NCBI GenBank assembly: GCA_024681935.1
Contig: JAIKZX010000161.1
Span: forward strand, 1-48,289
Origin: Fretibacterium sp.
GTDB lineage: Bacteria; Synergistota; Synergistia; Synergistales; Aminobacteriaceae
DNA length: 48,289 nt
Reading direction: 5' to 3'
Position numbers and translations under genes: made by a program. The first letter of the stretch is position 1. Each line of letters starts with the position of its first letter. Shown in pieces: positions 1 to 9,357 of this stretch. Below the pieces are notes generated by a model, which was not told the DNA's origin, ran no database searches, and worked only from the letters and a program-made list of their open reading frames with translations.

Positions 1-1311
1 GGCACGGTGTCAAAGGAGCTCACGGTCACGGTCACGGTCAATGACCCCAGCGTCACGGTCACGGCCACGCCCGCCAGCTTCACGGGCACGGCGGGGACGG
101 AGCTGAACTCCGCAAACTGCAAAGCTGCCGTCAGTGTCACCCCGGGCAGCTCTGAAAACTGGAGCTGGACCGTGAACGGCGAGACCGGCAAAAGCACAGT
201 GGACGGCGTGACGGCCACGCTGACCGGCTCCGGGGACAGCGTCACCCTCACCCTCTCCGGCACGCCCACGGAGGTCAGGACTTATGAGTTTACGGTGCGG
301 GCCGCCGCCGGCAGCAAGGCCAACGAGGCGAAGGTCACACTGAACGTCTCCACGCTCAGCGCCATCACGGTCACGGCCACGCCTTCCAGCTTCACGGGCA
401 CGGCGGGGACGGAGCTGAACTCCGCAAACTGCAAAGCCGCCGTCACGGCAGAGCCCTCGGGGCTGAACTACGTCTGGACCGTGGACGGCAAAGAGAGTGT
501 TGAGAAGGACGGCATCACGGCCGCGCTGACCGGCTCCGGAAACACCGTCAGTCTGGCCTTCTCCGGCACGCCATCGGCGGCGGGCGAGTATAAGTTCCGC
601 GTCGCGGCCGCGTCCAACGGCGTGACGGGCTCTCAGGACATCACCGTCACCGTTTATAACCCTGCTGTTGGCTTTGAATCCGCCGACCAGGCTCTGGCGG
701 CCACAGTTCAGCAGAACCTTACCAATCTGCTGGACGTTCCGGCGGGTACAACAGTCCACACGGATCTGAAGGGCGTGACGTTCGATGATCCCAATGCCTT
801 CCTCATTAAGGTTACGAAGAAGTGGGAGAGTAATAAAAACTGTGCTGTCATAGCCAACATATCCCCCCTGTCGGTGGCAGAGCCCGGCGTCTACCTCATG
901 AAGCTCAATATGTCGGACGATAAGCGGCTCCAGATGAAAAACAGTTTCAACGTGGATTATCACGTCGAGCTGTCCTCGGATATAGCGGCCGGCAGCGTGG
1001 AGAGCAGTGTGGTGAAGATTGCGGCGGAAGCGGCGTCGGACGGCTCTCACGGTGTCCTTGTGGACAAAGACGGCAATCGGCTGGGAACCTATTACGACGG
1101 CGGGGATCTGCATCTGCTGGTCTGTCTGAACACGGCAGATACCTGGTACGCACAGTATCTGACCATGGATCAGAGCTACAGCCTTCCCACGTCGAACAAG
1201 GGCTCGGGCTGCGAACACGGCTGCAACAGCGGCTTTGTGGGGATGTCCGCGGCCGCGCTGCTGGTGCTGTTCTTCGCTCCGTCGGGGAACAAAAGGAAGG
1301 GGAAGAAATAA
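1..1311 (+). CDS. Cell-surface repeat protein, 5'-truncated at the window edge; C-terminal SGC motif + TM helix + Lys/Arg tail (Synergist-CTERM-like sorting signal)
   Basis: The frame is open from base 1, so the GTG at 7 is probably not the true start. Two tandem ~103-aa Thr/Val-rich repeats are present (…VTVTATPxSFTGTAGTELNSANCKAAV…). The C-terminus reads NKGSGCEHGCNSGFVGMSAAALLVLFFAPSGNKRKGKK. TAA stop at 1309-1311. Confidence 0.6.
   Translation, partial: GTVSKELTVTVTVNDPSVTVTATPASFTGTAGTELNSANCKAAVSVTPGSSENWSWTVNGETGKSTVDGVTATLTGSGDSVTLTLSGTPTEVRTYEFTVRAAAGSKANEAKVTLNVSTLSAITVTATPSSFTGTAGTELNSANCKAAVTAEPSGLNYVWTVDGKESVEKDGITAALTGSGNTVSLAFSGTPSAAGEYKFRVAAASNGVTGSQDITVTVYNPAVGFESADQALAATVQQNLTNLLDVPAGTTVHTDLKGVTFDDPNAFLIKVTKKWESNKNCAVIANISPLSVAEPGVYLMKLNMSDDKRLQMKNSFNVDYHVELSSDIAAGSVESSVVKIAAEAASDGSHGVLVDKDGNRLGTYYDGGDLHLLVCLNTADTWYAQYLTMDQSYSLPTSNKGSGCEHGCNSGFVGMSAAALLVLFFAPSGNKRKGKK
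49..660 (+). repeat. Tandem in-frame duplication, two units of about 309 and 303 bp (49-357 and 358-660), encoding repeated domains of the surface protein
   Basis: Near-identical DNA blocks of about 75 bp occur at ~55-135 and ~366-447 (acggtcacggccacgcc…ttcacgggcacggcggggacggagctgaactccgcaaactgcaaagc). The rest of each unit is more diverged. Confidence 0.8.
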
Positions 1312-1332
1312 CAGACGGAACTGCGTTTTCAG

Positions 1333-1362
1333 CCGCGCTGCCTCCACGGGGCGCGGTTTTTT
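1333..1362 (+). terminator. Rho-independent terminator after the surface-protein gene
   Basis: CCGCGC (1333-1338) pairs with GCGCGG (1351-1356), followed by TTTTTT (1357-1362). Confidence 0.6.
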
Positions 1363-1433
1363 GTGGCCCCAGCCGCGGGGCTGTGTGCTAAAATCTTTTA
1401 GCTGTCTGTTTTTAAATTTCAGCGGAAGGCTGG

Positions 1434-2417
1434 GTGACGGGTTTGGATATAATTGTCAAAAACAATCAAAGGTCACGGCCTGTTTTGTGGCTGGTGGTCC
1501 CATGTTATGACGAACAAGCCGTCCTGCCCGTAACTTCTGAAATTTTTTTAGCCAAAATCACTGGTTTGATTGCCGCGGGAAAAATTGCCGAAAAAAGCAG
1601 AATCCTTTTTGTGGATGACGGCTCCGCTGACCGGACGTGGGAGATTATTAACGAGTTGTCTTTGCAGGACGGGCACTGTCTGGGGATCCGCCAGAGCCGG
1701 AACCGCGGGCATCAAAATGCACTTCTTGCGGGTTTGATGGAGGCAAAGGATTATTGCGACATCACCATTTCGATAGACTGCGACGGTCAGGATGACATCA
1801 ACGCCATAGATCAGATGCTTGAATCTTATGCTGACGGGTGTGAGGTGGTGTACGGTGTCCGTTCCAGCCGTGACAGCGACACCTGGTTCAAACGCAGCAC
1901 CGCGCAGCTTTTCTATAAATTTTTATGCTTCATGGGGGCTGACACGGTTTACAACCATGCCGATTACCGTCTTGTCAGCTCAAAGGTCCTTGAGCATCTT
2001 GCGGATTATCAGGAGGTCAATATCTTCCTGCGGGGGATGATTCCCCTTGTGGGATTTAAAAGCACATCGGTCTTATATGAGCGCCGCCCCCGCCTTGCGG
2101 GCAGCAGTCATTATTCATTGAAAAAGACGATGGGGCTGGCCGTTGACGGGCTCACCAGCCTGTCCGCAAAACCCATTTTCATCATTGCGGGGATGGGGGG
2201 TCTTCTTGGCCTTGCGGGCCTTGGGGGTCTTCTCCTGACTCTGATAGAGGGAATGAGGGGACAGGCCGCCGCGGGGTGGGCATTAACAATTTATATGGGG
2301 CTTTTCCTGGGAGGTATCCAGCTGCTGAGCCTGGGCATCATTGGCACCTATGTGGGAAAGACGTATCTGGAAACCAAACGCCGCCCCAGGTATATCATCA
2401 GCGAACGGACTTATTGA
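1434..2417 (+). CDS. Family-2 glycosyltransferase, GtrB/ArnC/CsbB-like polyprenyl-phosphate sugar transferase
   Basis: Motifs VVPCYDE, FVDDGSADRT, SRNRGHQNA and DCDGQDD, plus two C-terminal TM helices typical of GtrB-type enzymes. The GTG start is uncertain. Confidence 0.8.
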   Translation: MTGLDIIVKNNQRSRPVLWLVVPCYDEQAVLPVTSEIFLAKITGLIAAGKIAEKSRILFVDDGSADRTWEIINELSLQDGHCLGIRQSRNRGHQNALLAGLMEAKDYCDITISIDCDGQDDINAIDQMLESYADGCEVVYGVRSSRDSDTWFKRSTAQLFYKFLCFMGADTVYNHADYRLVSSKVLEHLADYQEVNIFLRGMIPLVGFKSTSVLYERRPRLAGSSHYSLKKTMGLAVDGLTSLSAKPIFIIAGMGGLLGLAGLGGLLLTLIEGMRGQAAAGWALTIYMGLFLGGIQLLSLGIIGTYVGKTYLETKRRPRYIISERTY

Positions 2418-2423
2418 AGGGCT

Positions 2424-4136
2424 GTGGTGGTGGTGGAGCAGGATGTTATAACAAAAAAAACGGGTTTCGTCAGCCGGAGCGGCGGAGAAACAAAGGCTCT
2501 GGTGTGTTTCTGCGGTGTGTATATTTTGCTGTTCTGCTGGCTGGGGATCTACTCCTTCCCCTCGACCCCCTACATGGAGGACTACGCTTACTCCTACAGC
2601 GTCGCGAAATGGGGATTCTGGCCCTTCCAGCGGATTCATTATAATCTGGCGGAGGGCCGCCTTCTCAACTGCTGGCTGATGTCCCTGCTGGTCCTCATGC
2701 CCATCGGGCCCTCCTATCCTTACTTCCCGGCGCTCACCATCCTTCTTTACGCCGCCGCGGCCTACGCCCTCACCGGGACGGTCGCCCCGCAAATGTCACT
2801 CCGCCGGCGCTGGCTGTGGACCGTCTCCGTCACCGCCGTGACGCTCTCCTTTCTCTTCTCGTGTCCGGAGACTCTGTATTGGCGCGTGGGTATGCCCTAT
2901 ATCTGGCAGACGGCGCTCTTTTTTCTCGCTCTGTCCCTTGCCCTGAAGGCGTTTCGGAAGGGACGCTTTGGGCTGGACTTCTTCCTTTGCCTGGCCGTGC
3001 TTTTTGGAAATGGGACACTTTTGGAGACCGGGGCCGTGGTGCAGGGCGTGACGGCGTTCCTCCTGGCCCTGGGGTTTCTCCGACGGGGGGACAGAACCCG
3101 CGCCGCGATGGCCGCCTCCTTCTGGCTTGTCTCCGTCGCGGCCTTCCTTGTGGTTTACCTCTCTCCCGGCACGGCTATACGGATGGGCGCCAACCTGCGC
3201 ATCCCCTTCCTGACGCGGGTGGGCCGCACGCTTGCCCTCTCCGGGCTGGGAACCCTCCTCAGCCTTGTCCGTTTTTTTTTCCACCCCGTTGTTTATGTCT
3301 TTCTGCTGTTCCTTCCTGATATTGCGGAGAACGTGAAAACTCTCAGCGGCAGCCTCCAATCCCGGCTGGCACCCTGGCACAGCGTTCCCCTCATCGCGTT
3401 CTGGGCCTTCCTGATGAACATCATGGGCGTCTGGTCCCTGGGAGGTCTGCTCTCCCCCCGCATGGAGACCCTGTCTCTGTGGCTCATGGCGGCGGCGTGG
3501 TTCTTCTTCTGGGCCTTTTGCTGCCGTCCTCAGGCCCTTCTCTCCCGCATCCGCTCCTCGCGCTTCTATGCGCGGCGCTGGCTTCTGCTGGTCCTGTGTC
3601 TTCTGGTCAGCTCAAACTTCACAGACCTTCTGGGAGATCTGCCCATCGCCCCCGATTACGCGGCGGAGAACCGCTTTCGCGAGGAGATCATCGCTCAGCA
3701 GAAGGCGAAGGGAGAGAAAATGGCTGTTGTGCCCCTCCTGACGGTGAAGCCCCGGCTGCTGCTCTTCTCCGACCTGCTGCCGGACACCGCGTCGAACGTC
3801 AATCTGATCTACACCGTCTATTATGGGCTTGACACCGTGAAGGCCGTCCCCCGCTACATCTTTGATGACACCGGGCTGCTGGCCCGGAGGCTGGCAGGCA
3901 GCCCCGTTCCCCTGCAGGGGGCAGCAGTCAGGGGGGATGCTGTGGCCATGTTCCTGCTGGGGAACTATTATGCCCCCATCGACAGGCCGCAGGCAACGGC
4001 ATGGTATCATCAGGCGGCAAAGCACGGTCACGACCCCGCGCGGCTCACGCTGGCCCGGCTGTACGCCCAAAAAAAAGAGTATGGCCCTGCCTTCTTCTGG
4101 GCCTTCCGCTCCTTCCTGTCCACGCTTCGGCTGTGA
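2424..4136 (+). CDS. Polytopic membrane protein (more than 10 predicted TM helices, GT-C-like) with a C-terminal Sel1-like repeat; candidate acceptor glycosyltransferase partner of the GtrB-like enzyme
   Basis: Hydrophobic helices run through the first ~400 aa. The C-terminus reads AMFLLGNYYAPIDRPQATAWYHQAAKHGHDPARLTLARLYAQ, which is Sel1/TPR-like. It starts 7 nt after the GT2 gene. The start (run of GTG codons at 2424-2435) is uncertain. Confidence 0.45.
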   Translation: MVVVEQDVITKKTGFVSRSGGETKALVCFCGVYILLFCWLGIYSFPSTPYMEDYAYSYSVAKWGFWPFQRIHYNLAEGRLLNCWLMSLLVLMPIGPSYPYFPALTILLYAAAAYALTGTVAPQMSLRRRWLWTVSVTAVTLSFLFSCPETLYWRVGMPYIWQTALFFLALSLALKAFRKGRFGLDFFLCLAVLFGNGTLLETGAVVQGVTAFLLALGFLRRGDRTRAAMAASFWLVSVAAFLVVYLSPGTAIRMGANLRIPFLTRVGRTLALSGLGTLLSLVRFFFHPVVYVFLLFLPDIAENVKTLSGSLQSRLAPWHSVPLIAFWAFLMNIMGVWSLGGLLSPRMETLSLWLMAAAWFFFWAFCCRPQALLSRIRSSRFYARRWLLLVLCLLVSSNFTDLLGDLPIAPDYAAENRFREEIIAQQKAKGEKMAVVPLLTVKPRLLLFSDLLPDTASNVNLIYTVYYGLDTVKAVPRYIFDDTGLLARRLAGSPVPLQGAAVRGDAVAMFLLGNYYAPIDRPQATAWYHQAAKHGHDPARLTLARLYAQKKEYGPAFFWAFRSFLSTLRL

Positions 4137-4212
4137 ACAGCCCCGGACGGCGGATACAGCCGCCTGAAAGGAATACAGGTGCCGCGCCTCTTCCCTCATG
4201 CGGCCTTTGATG

Positions 4213-4218
4213 TATAAT
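4213..4218 (+). promoter_or_regulatory. Candidate -10 box (TATAAT) upstream of gap
   Basis: Perfect TATAAT lies 39 nt upstream of the gap ATG. No convincing -35 was found. Confidence 0.3.
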
Positions 4219-4256
4219 TACACCAGAGTTTGAGTTTTCTAAGGAGGAAACAAGAA

Positions 4257-5264
4257 ATGGCAGTAAGAGTAGCGATTAATGGTTTTGGGCGCATCGGCCG
4301 TCTGGCGTTCCGTCAGATGTTTCAGGCGGAGGGTTATGAGGTCGTCGCCATCAACGATCTGACAAGCCCCAAGATGCTGGCCCACCTGCTGAAGTATGAC
4401 ACGATGCACCGCCGCTTCAACGGGACCGTCACCTGCGACGACAATTCCATCACCGTCAACGGCAGGAAGATTACGATTTACGCTGAGAAGGACGCCGCCA
4501 ACCTGCCCTGGGGCGAGCTGAAGATTGACGTCGTTCTGGAGTGCACGGGCTTCTACACGTCCAGGGAGAAGGCCAGCGCTCATATTAAGGCCGGCGCGCG
4601 CAAGGTTGTCATTTCCGCCCCGGCGGGCAAGGACCTTCCCACCATCGTCTACAACGTCAATCACAAGACGCTGAAGGCGTCTGATGACATCATCTCTGCT
4701 GCTTCCTGCACCACCAACTGCCTTGCCCCCATGGCCAAGGCCCTGAACGACCTTTCCCCCATCGTGGCCGGGTTCATGACCACCGTTCACGCCTACACCG
4801 GCGACCAGATGATCCTGGACGGCCCGCACCGCAAGGGCGACCTTCGCCGTTCCCGCGCCGGCGCTGAGAACATCGTCCCGGCGTCCTCCGGCGCGGCCAA
4901 GGCCATCGGCCTGGTCATCCCCGAGCTGGACGGCAAGCTGAACGGCGCGGCTCAGCGCGTCCCGACGGCCGACGGCTCCACCACCATCCTTGACGCTGTG
5001 GTGAAGGGCAAGTTTACGGCGGATCAGGTCAACGCCCAGATGAAGAAGGAGGCCACGGAGTCCTTCGAGTACAACGAGGACGAGATCGTCTCCTCCGATA
5101 TCATCGGCAGCACCGCCGGCTCCATCTTTGACGCCACCCAGACGAAGGTCATGGACATGGGCGACGGCAACACGCTGGTTCAGGTCGTCTCCTGGTATGA
5201 CAACGAGAACTCCTACACCAGCCAGATGGTCAGGACAATCAAGTATTTCTCGGAGCTGAAGTAA
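4257..5264 (+). CDS. gap: Glyceraldehyde-3-phosphate dehydrogenase, type I
   Basis: N-terminus [15 protein letters not shown] and active-site motif [19 protein letters not shown] at 4241-4247 lies 9 nt before the ATG at 4257. The upstream TTG at 4230 in the ORF track was rejected. Confidence 0.95.
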   Translation: MAVRVAINGFGRIGRLAFRQMFQAEGYEVVAINDLTSPKMLAHLLKYDTMHRRFNGTVTCDDNSITVNGRKITIYAEKDAANLPWGELKIDVVLECTGFYTSREKASAHIKAGARKVVISAPAGKDLPTIVYNVNHKTLKASDDIISAASCTTNCLAPMAKALNDLSPIVAGFMTTVHAYTGDQMILDGPHRKGDLRRSRAGAENIVPASSGAAKAIGLVIPELDGKLNGAAQRVPTADGSTTILDAVVKGKFTADQVNAQMKKEATESFEYNEDEIVSSDIIGSTAGSIFDATQTKVMDMGDGNTLVQVVSWYDNENSYTSQMVRTIKYFSELK

Positions 5265-5363
5265 AAAAATGAAATACCCCCCTTGTCAAATGGGGGGAAC
5301 GTGCTAAAATAATCAGCGTTGAAGTTCTGAGGAGGGCTTTCCCTCCATGAGCTTCGGTCGCAG

Positions 5364-5450
5364 GCCCGGGTGGCGGAATTGGTAGACGCGCTAGATTCAG
5401 GTTCTAGTGGTCGCAAGGCTGTGGAGGTTCGAGTCCTCTCTCGGGCACCA
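5364..5450 (+). tRNA. tRNA-Leu (anticodon CAG), class II with long variable arm, encoded CCA
   Basis: Acceptor GCCCGGG/CTCGGGC, anticodon stem-loop CTAGA-TTCAGGT-TCTAG, T arm GGAGG-TTCGAGT-CCTCT. It closely resembles my recollection of the E. coli tRNA-Leu(CAG) D and anticodon arm sequence. Confidence 0.93.
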
Positions 5451-5461
5451 ATAAAAAAACG

Positions 5462-5489
5462 TCAGGGGGGGAGTTTCCCCCCCTGATTT
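5462..5489 (+). terminator. Rho-independent terminator after tRNA-Leu
   Basis: TCAGGGGGGG (5462-5471), loop AGTTT, CCCCCCCTGA (5477-5486), then TTT. Confidence 0.7.
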
Positions 5490-5515
5490 GAATTAAAGGA
5501 TATAGTCGTGTCCAC

Positions 5516-5544
5516 TTGACAGGACTATATCCTTTTGCTATTAT
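5516..5544 (+). promoter_or_regulatory. Sigma-70-type promoter for rpoBC (TTGACA-17 nt-TATTAT, with TGc extended -10)
   Basis: TTGACA at 5516-5521, TGc at 5536-5538, TATTAT at 5539-5544, about 44 nt upstream of the rpoB ATG. The -35 box lies in the loop of a 13-bp inverted repeat (5495-5507 and 5523-5535). Confidence 0.5.
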
Positions 5545-5587
5545 TCCTTTTTGACACAATTTCCCTGATGTGGGAGGTCTTAATTGT

Positions 5588-8500
5588 ATGCCTGAGTTTG
5601 TCCCGGTAAGCAAGTCGCGTCAGCGTTACACCTTTGGCCGCGCTCATGATTTGGTTGAGATGCCGGATATGATTGAGGTGCAGCGGGATTCTTATCGGTG
5701 GTTTTATCAGGAGGATGTTGCGCCGGATAAGCGAAAACCACAGGGGCTTCAGGAACTGCTTCAGGAGGTTTTTCCCATCGAAAGCTACGATGGGCAGTTC
5801 TCATTGGAGTTCGTTCGATATTATGTTGACAAGCCCAATTTCAGTGAAGAAGAGGCCCGTCAGAAGGATATGACCTGGTCCCGTCCCATTCGGGCCACAA
5901 TCCGCCTGACGAATACCAAAACCCAGGAGAGCAAGGAGGAGGAGATCTTCCTCGGAGACTTCCCCATCATGACGGACCGGGGGACCTTCATCATCAATGG
6001 CACGGAGCGGGTTGTCATCAACCAGCTTGCCCGGAGCGCCGGCGTCTACTTCTCCTACAGCGGCGTGCCGGGGCAGGACGTCTGTTCGGCAAAGCTGATT
6101 CCCGACCGGGGCGCGTGGCTGGACTTCTCCATGTCCTCCGGCGATATCATCTCAGTGAATATCGACAATCGCCGAAAGCTGCCCGTCACCCAGCTGCTGA
6201 AGGCGTTCGGCATCCCCAACAACGACGCAATCATCGCAGCCTTCAACGCGGAGCCCTCCTTCATGGAGTACAGCGACGAAATGCGGGGCAAGCTTGTGGC
6301 GGAGGATGTTCTGGACGAGGACGGCCACGTTATCATCGCGCGTGGGCATACTGTCACCCGCGATATCCTTAACGAGCTTCATCAAAAGGATCCCGGCGGA
6401 CGCGGGGGGATTGACGTGCTGGGGCTGGATCCCTCTCTGGCTCTGACGCTGGATCGGGATCAAACCCGCAGCCCGGACGAGGCAATGCAGGAGATATTCC
6501 GCCGGCTTCGCCCCAACGAGCCGGCTCGCGTGGAGAACGCCCGGGAATATTGCCGCAGCCTGTTTCGTGACCCCCGGCGCTACACCCTGGGGCGTGTCGG
6601 ACGCTACAAGCTGAATCGCCGTCTGGGGATGAACATCTCCGAGGACGAGCGTCTCTTGACCCTGGAGGATCTGATGGCAATCATCAGGGAAATGTTCGCC
6701 ATGAAAGCCCAGGAAAAGAGGACCGACGATATCGACCACCTGGGCAACCGCCGTGTCCGTTCTATCGGCGAGCTGCTTCAGAACCAGATACGTATCGGCC
6801 TGCTGCGCATGGAGCGCCTGGTCCGTGAGAAGATGACGACCCTGCCCGACCTGGGCGTGGCGACGGGACGGGAGCTTATCAACGTGCGGCCCATAGTGGC
6901 GTCGCTGCGTGAGTTCTATGGCTCCGGTCAGCTTTCGCAGTTTATGGACCAGACGAACCCCCTGGCCGAGGTGACGCACCGCCGCCGCCTTTCCGCGCTG
7001 GGCCCCGGCGGCCTCAGCCGCGAACGGGCCGGGTTCGAGGCGCGCGATGTTCACTACACGCACTATGGCCGCGTCTGCCCCATTGAGACGCCGGAAGGTC
7101 CTAATATCGGCCTGGTCTCCTCGCTGACGACCTACGCGCGGCTCAACGAGCACGGGTTCCTCATCACACCCCGGCTCAAGGTGAATAAGGGAAAGCTGAC
7201 GGACAAGGTCGAGTTCCTGTCCGCGGACGATGAGGATAAATACTATGTCGCTATGGCGAACACCCCCATCGTCACAGATAAAAAAGGCACAACCCGCCTT
7301 GCGGGAGAGAGCTGCCCCACGCGTCACGGCGACGATATCGACACCGTGCCCACGGATGAGGTTGACTACATGGATGTGTCCCCGCGCCAGATTGTCTCCT
7401 GTTCTACGGCGCTTATCCCCTTCCTGGAGCACGACGACGCCAACCGGGCCCTCATGGGCTCCAACATGCAGCGTCAGGCCGTGCCGCTGCTTTTGCCCGA
7501 GGCCCCGAGGGTGGGCACGGGCATTGAGCACCGCATCGCCAGAGATTCCGGTTCCTGCGTCATTGCGAAGGAGTCCGGTGAGGTGACCTATATCGACGCA
7601 AAAGAGATTCGCACGCGTCAGAAGGGAAAGAGCGAGCGTTCCTATCCGCTGATTAAATTCCGGCGCTCCAACCAGGGCACGGTGATTCATCAGCGCCCCC
7701 TGGTGCAGAAGGGGGACCGTGTGGAGAAGGGGGACATCATCGCCGATGGTCAGGCCATCGAGAACGGCGAGCTGGCCCTGGGGCAGAACGTGCTTGTGGC
7801 CTTCGTCCCCTGGGAGGGCTATAACTTCGAGGACGCCATCCTTCTGAGCGAGAACCTTGTAAAAGAGGACAAGTTCTCGTCCATTCACATTGAAGAGTAC
7901 GAGATTGAGGCCCGTGAGACGAAACTGGGCCGTCCGGAGGAGATTACGCGGGACATCCCCAACGTGGGCGAGGATATGCTTCGCAACCTTGACGAAGAAG
8001 GCATTATCCGCATTGGTGCGGAGGTCAATGCCGGGGACATCCTGGTGGGGAAGGTGACGCCCAAGGGCGAGGCCGATCAGACGCCGGAAGAGCGCCTGCT
8101 GCGCGCCATCTTTGGTGAGAAGGCCCGCGAAGTGCGTGACAATTCCCTGAAGCTGCCTCACGGTTCCCGGGGCAAGGTCGTCGCCATCAAGCAGCTTGAG
8201 CGCAAGGATAACCCGGAGGCTCTGGGCCCTGGCGTTATTCGCGCTGTGAAGGTCTATGTGGCCCAGTGGCGCAAGATCACTGTGGGCGATAAGATGGCGG
8301 GCCGCCACGGGAATAAGGGCGTTGTCAGCCGCATCCTGCCGGTGGAGGATATGCCCTATCTGCCGGACGGCACCCCGGTTGACGTGGTGCTGAACCCGCT
8401 GGGCGTTCCCAGCCGCATGAATCTGGGGCAGGTGCTGGAGACCATCATGGGCTTTGTGGCGGTGAACAATGGCTGGCACGTGGCCACGCCGGTTTTTGAG

Positions 8501-9352
8501 GGGGCCCAGGAGTCGGAGATATTTGAAGGGATGAAGGCTCTGGCGGAACAGAAGTACCCAGACCTCACCGAGGATGGAATGATCACTCTCCGCGACGGCC
8601 GCACGGGTGAGCCCATGGCGAAGAAGGTCACCATCGGCTGTATGTATATGCTGAAGCTTATCCACCTTGTGGACGACAAGATCCACGCGCGCTCCACAGG
8701 GCCGTACACGCTCATAACGCAGCAGCCCCTGGGCGGCAAGGCGCAGTTTGGCGGCCAGCGCTTCGGAGAGATGGAGGTCTGGGCCCTGGAGGGCTACGGC
8801 GCGGCGAACGTGCTTCAGGAGATGCTGACCGTGAAGTCCGATGACATCCGCGGGCGCGAGAAGACCTATGAGCGCATCGTCAAGGGCCAGAGCCTGGTGA
8901 AACCGGGGGTGCCGGAGAGCTTCCGCGTCCTGATTAAGGAGCTCCAGGGCCTGGGGCTTGACGTCGAAGTCAAGTACGACGACGGGACCATCGGCGGCAT
9001 TCCCATTGAGGATGACGAGGAGAAGGGATATTACGCCAACACGGGAACTCTGCCCGACCTCTTTAACGCAGAGGAGTCTTCGGAGTCTGCGCGGCAGGAG
9101 GAGACGGGGCGGCTTGATGAGATGGAGGGCCCCCGTGAGGAAGATCTCTTTATTGAGGAGAAGGACGGCGGCGGCACAGCCTCCCTGTTTGACGATGTGA
9201 TGAGGCAGCCCGCCCCTGCCTCCGCAGAAGAGGAGATGTTCCAGGACAATCTCTTTATTGATGACGATGGCGATGGCGATAAGGACAAATCTGAGGAGGA
9301 AGAGCCCCTGCTTGTGAAACAGGATGCGTCTTTGAATGGAGAAGGAGACTGA
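5588..9352 (+). CDS. rpoB: DNA-directed RNA polymerase subunit beta, with a ~110-125-aa acidic C-terminal extension
   Basis: Conserved beta-subunit blocks are present throughout ([44 protein letters not shown]). I chose the ATG at 5588 (GGGAGG at 5571-5576) over the GTG at 5570. Confidence 0.95.
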   Translation: MPEFVPVSKSRQRYTFGRAHDLVEMPDMIEVQRDSYRWFYQEDVAPDKRKPQGLQELLQEVFPIESYDGQFSLEFVRYYVDKPNFSEEEARQKDMTWSRPIRATIRLTNTKTQESKEEEIFLGDFPIMTDRGTFIINGTERVVINQLARSAGVYFSYSGVPGQDVCSAKLIPDRGAWLDFSMSSGDIISVNIDNRRKLPVTQLLKAFGIPNNDAIIAAFNAEPSFMEYSDEMRGKLVAEDVLDEDGHVIIARGHTVTRDILNELHQKDPGGRGGIDVLGLDPSLALTLDRDQTRSPDEAMQEIFRRLRPNEPARVENAREYCRSLFRDPRRYTLGRVGRYKLNRRLGMNISEDERLLTLEDLMAIIREMFAMKAQEKRTDDIDHLGNRRVRSIGELLQNQIRIGLLRMERLVREKMTTLPDLGVATGRELINVRPIVASLREFYGSGQLSQFMDQTNPLAEVTHRRRLSALGPGGLSRERAGFEARDVHYTHYGRVCPIETPEGPNIGLVSSLTTYARLNEHGFLITPRLKVNKGKLTDKVEFLSADDEDKYYVAMANTPIVTDKKGTTRLAGESCPTRHGDDIDTVPTDEVDYMDVSPRQIVSCSTALIPFLEHDDANRALMGSNMQRQAVPLLLPEAPRVGTGIEHRIARDSGSCVIAKESGEVTYIDAKEIRTRQKGKSERSYPLIKFRRSNQGTVIHQRPLVQKGDRVEKGDIIADGQAIENGELALGQNVLVAFVPWEGYNFEDAILLSENLVKEDKFSSIHIEEYEIEARETKLGRPEEITRDIPNVGEDMLRNLDEEGIIRIGAEVNAGDILVGKVTPKGEADQTPEERLLRAIFGEKAREVRDNSLKLPHGSRGKVVAIKQLERKDNPEALGPGVIRAVKVYVAQWRKITVGDKMAGRHGNKGVVSRILPVEDMPYLPDGTPVDVVLNPLGVPSRMNLGQVLETIMGFVAVNNGWHVATPVFEGAQESEIFEGMKALAEQKYPDLTEDGMITLRDGRTGEPMAKKVTIGCMYMLKLIHLVDDKIHARSTGPYTLITQQPLGGKAQFGGQRFGEMEVWALEGYGAANVLQEMLTVKSDDIRGREKTYERIVKGQSLVKPGVPESFRVLIKELQGLGLDVEVKYDDGTIGGIPIEDDEEKGYYANTGTLPDLFNAEESSESARQEETGRLDEMEGPREEDLFIEEKDGGGTASLFDDVMRQPAPASAEEEMFQDNLFIDDDGDGDKDKSEEEEPLLVKQDASLNGEGD

Positions 9353-9357
9353 CGGGT

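Noticed and set aside
5265-5300. Hairpin CCCCCC…GGGGGG after the gap stop as a terminator.
   Set aside because: The short G/C stem has no following U-tract. The strong terminator lies after the tRNA-Leu, so gap and the tRNA may be co-transcribed. It is too weak to call.
5364-5450. tRNA-Leu as an integration site for a mobile element carrying the T4SS.
   Set aside because: The tRNA is more than 20 kb from the T4SS and is separated from it by rpoBC, grdCD and the rnf operon. I saw no duplicated tRNA 3' fragment or integrase anywhere in the window.
6152-8686. 844-aa ORF antisense to rpoB. Similar long antisense ORFs occur at 9031-11421 (rpoC), 10-1347, 14571-15623 (grdC), 19661-20656 (rnfB), 28864-30390 (virB9/virB8), 34444-35373, 35875-36660, 37564-38481 and 38295-39101.
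   Set aside because: All lie opposite genes with unmistakable conserved motifs. Their products are Arg/Gly/Pro/Ala-rich low-complexity sequence with no recognisable domains. This is what GC-rich third positions produce, so I treat them as shadow ORFs.
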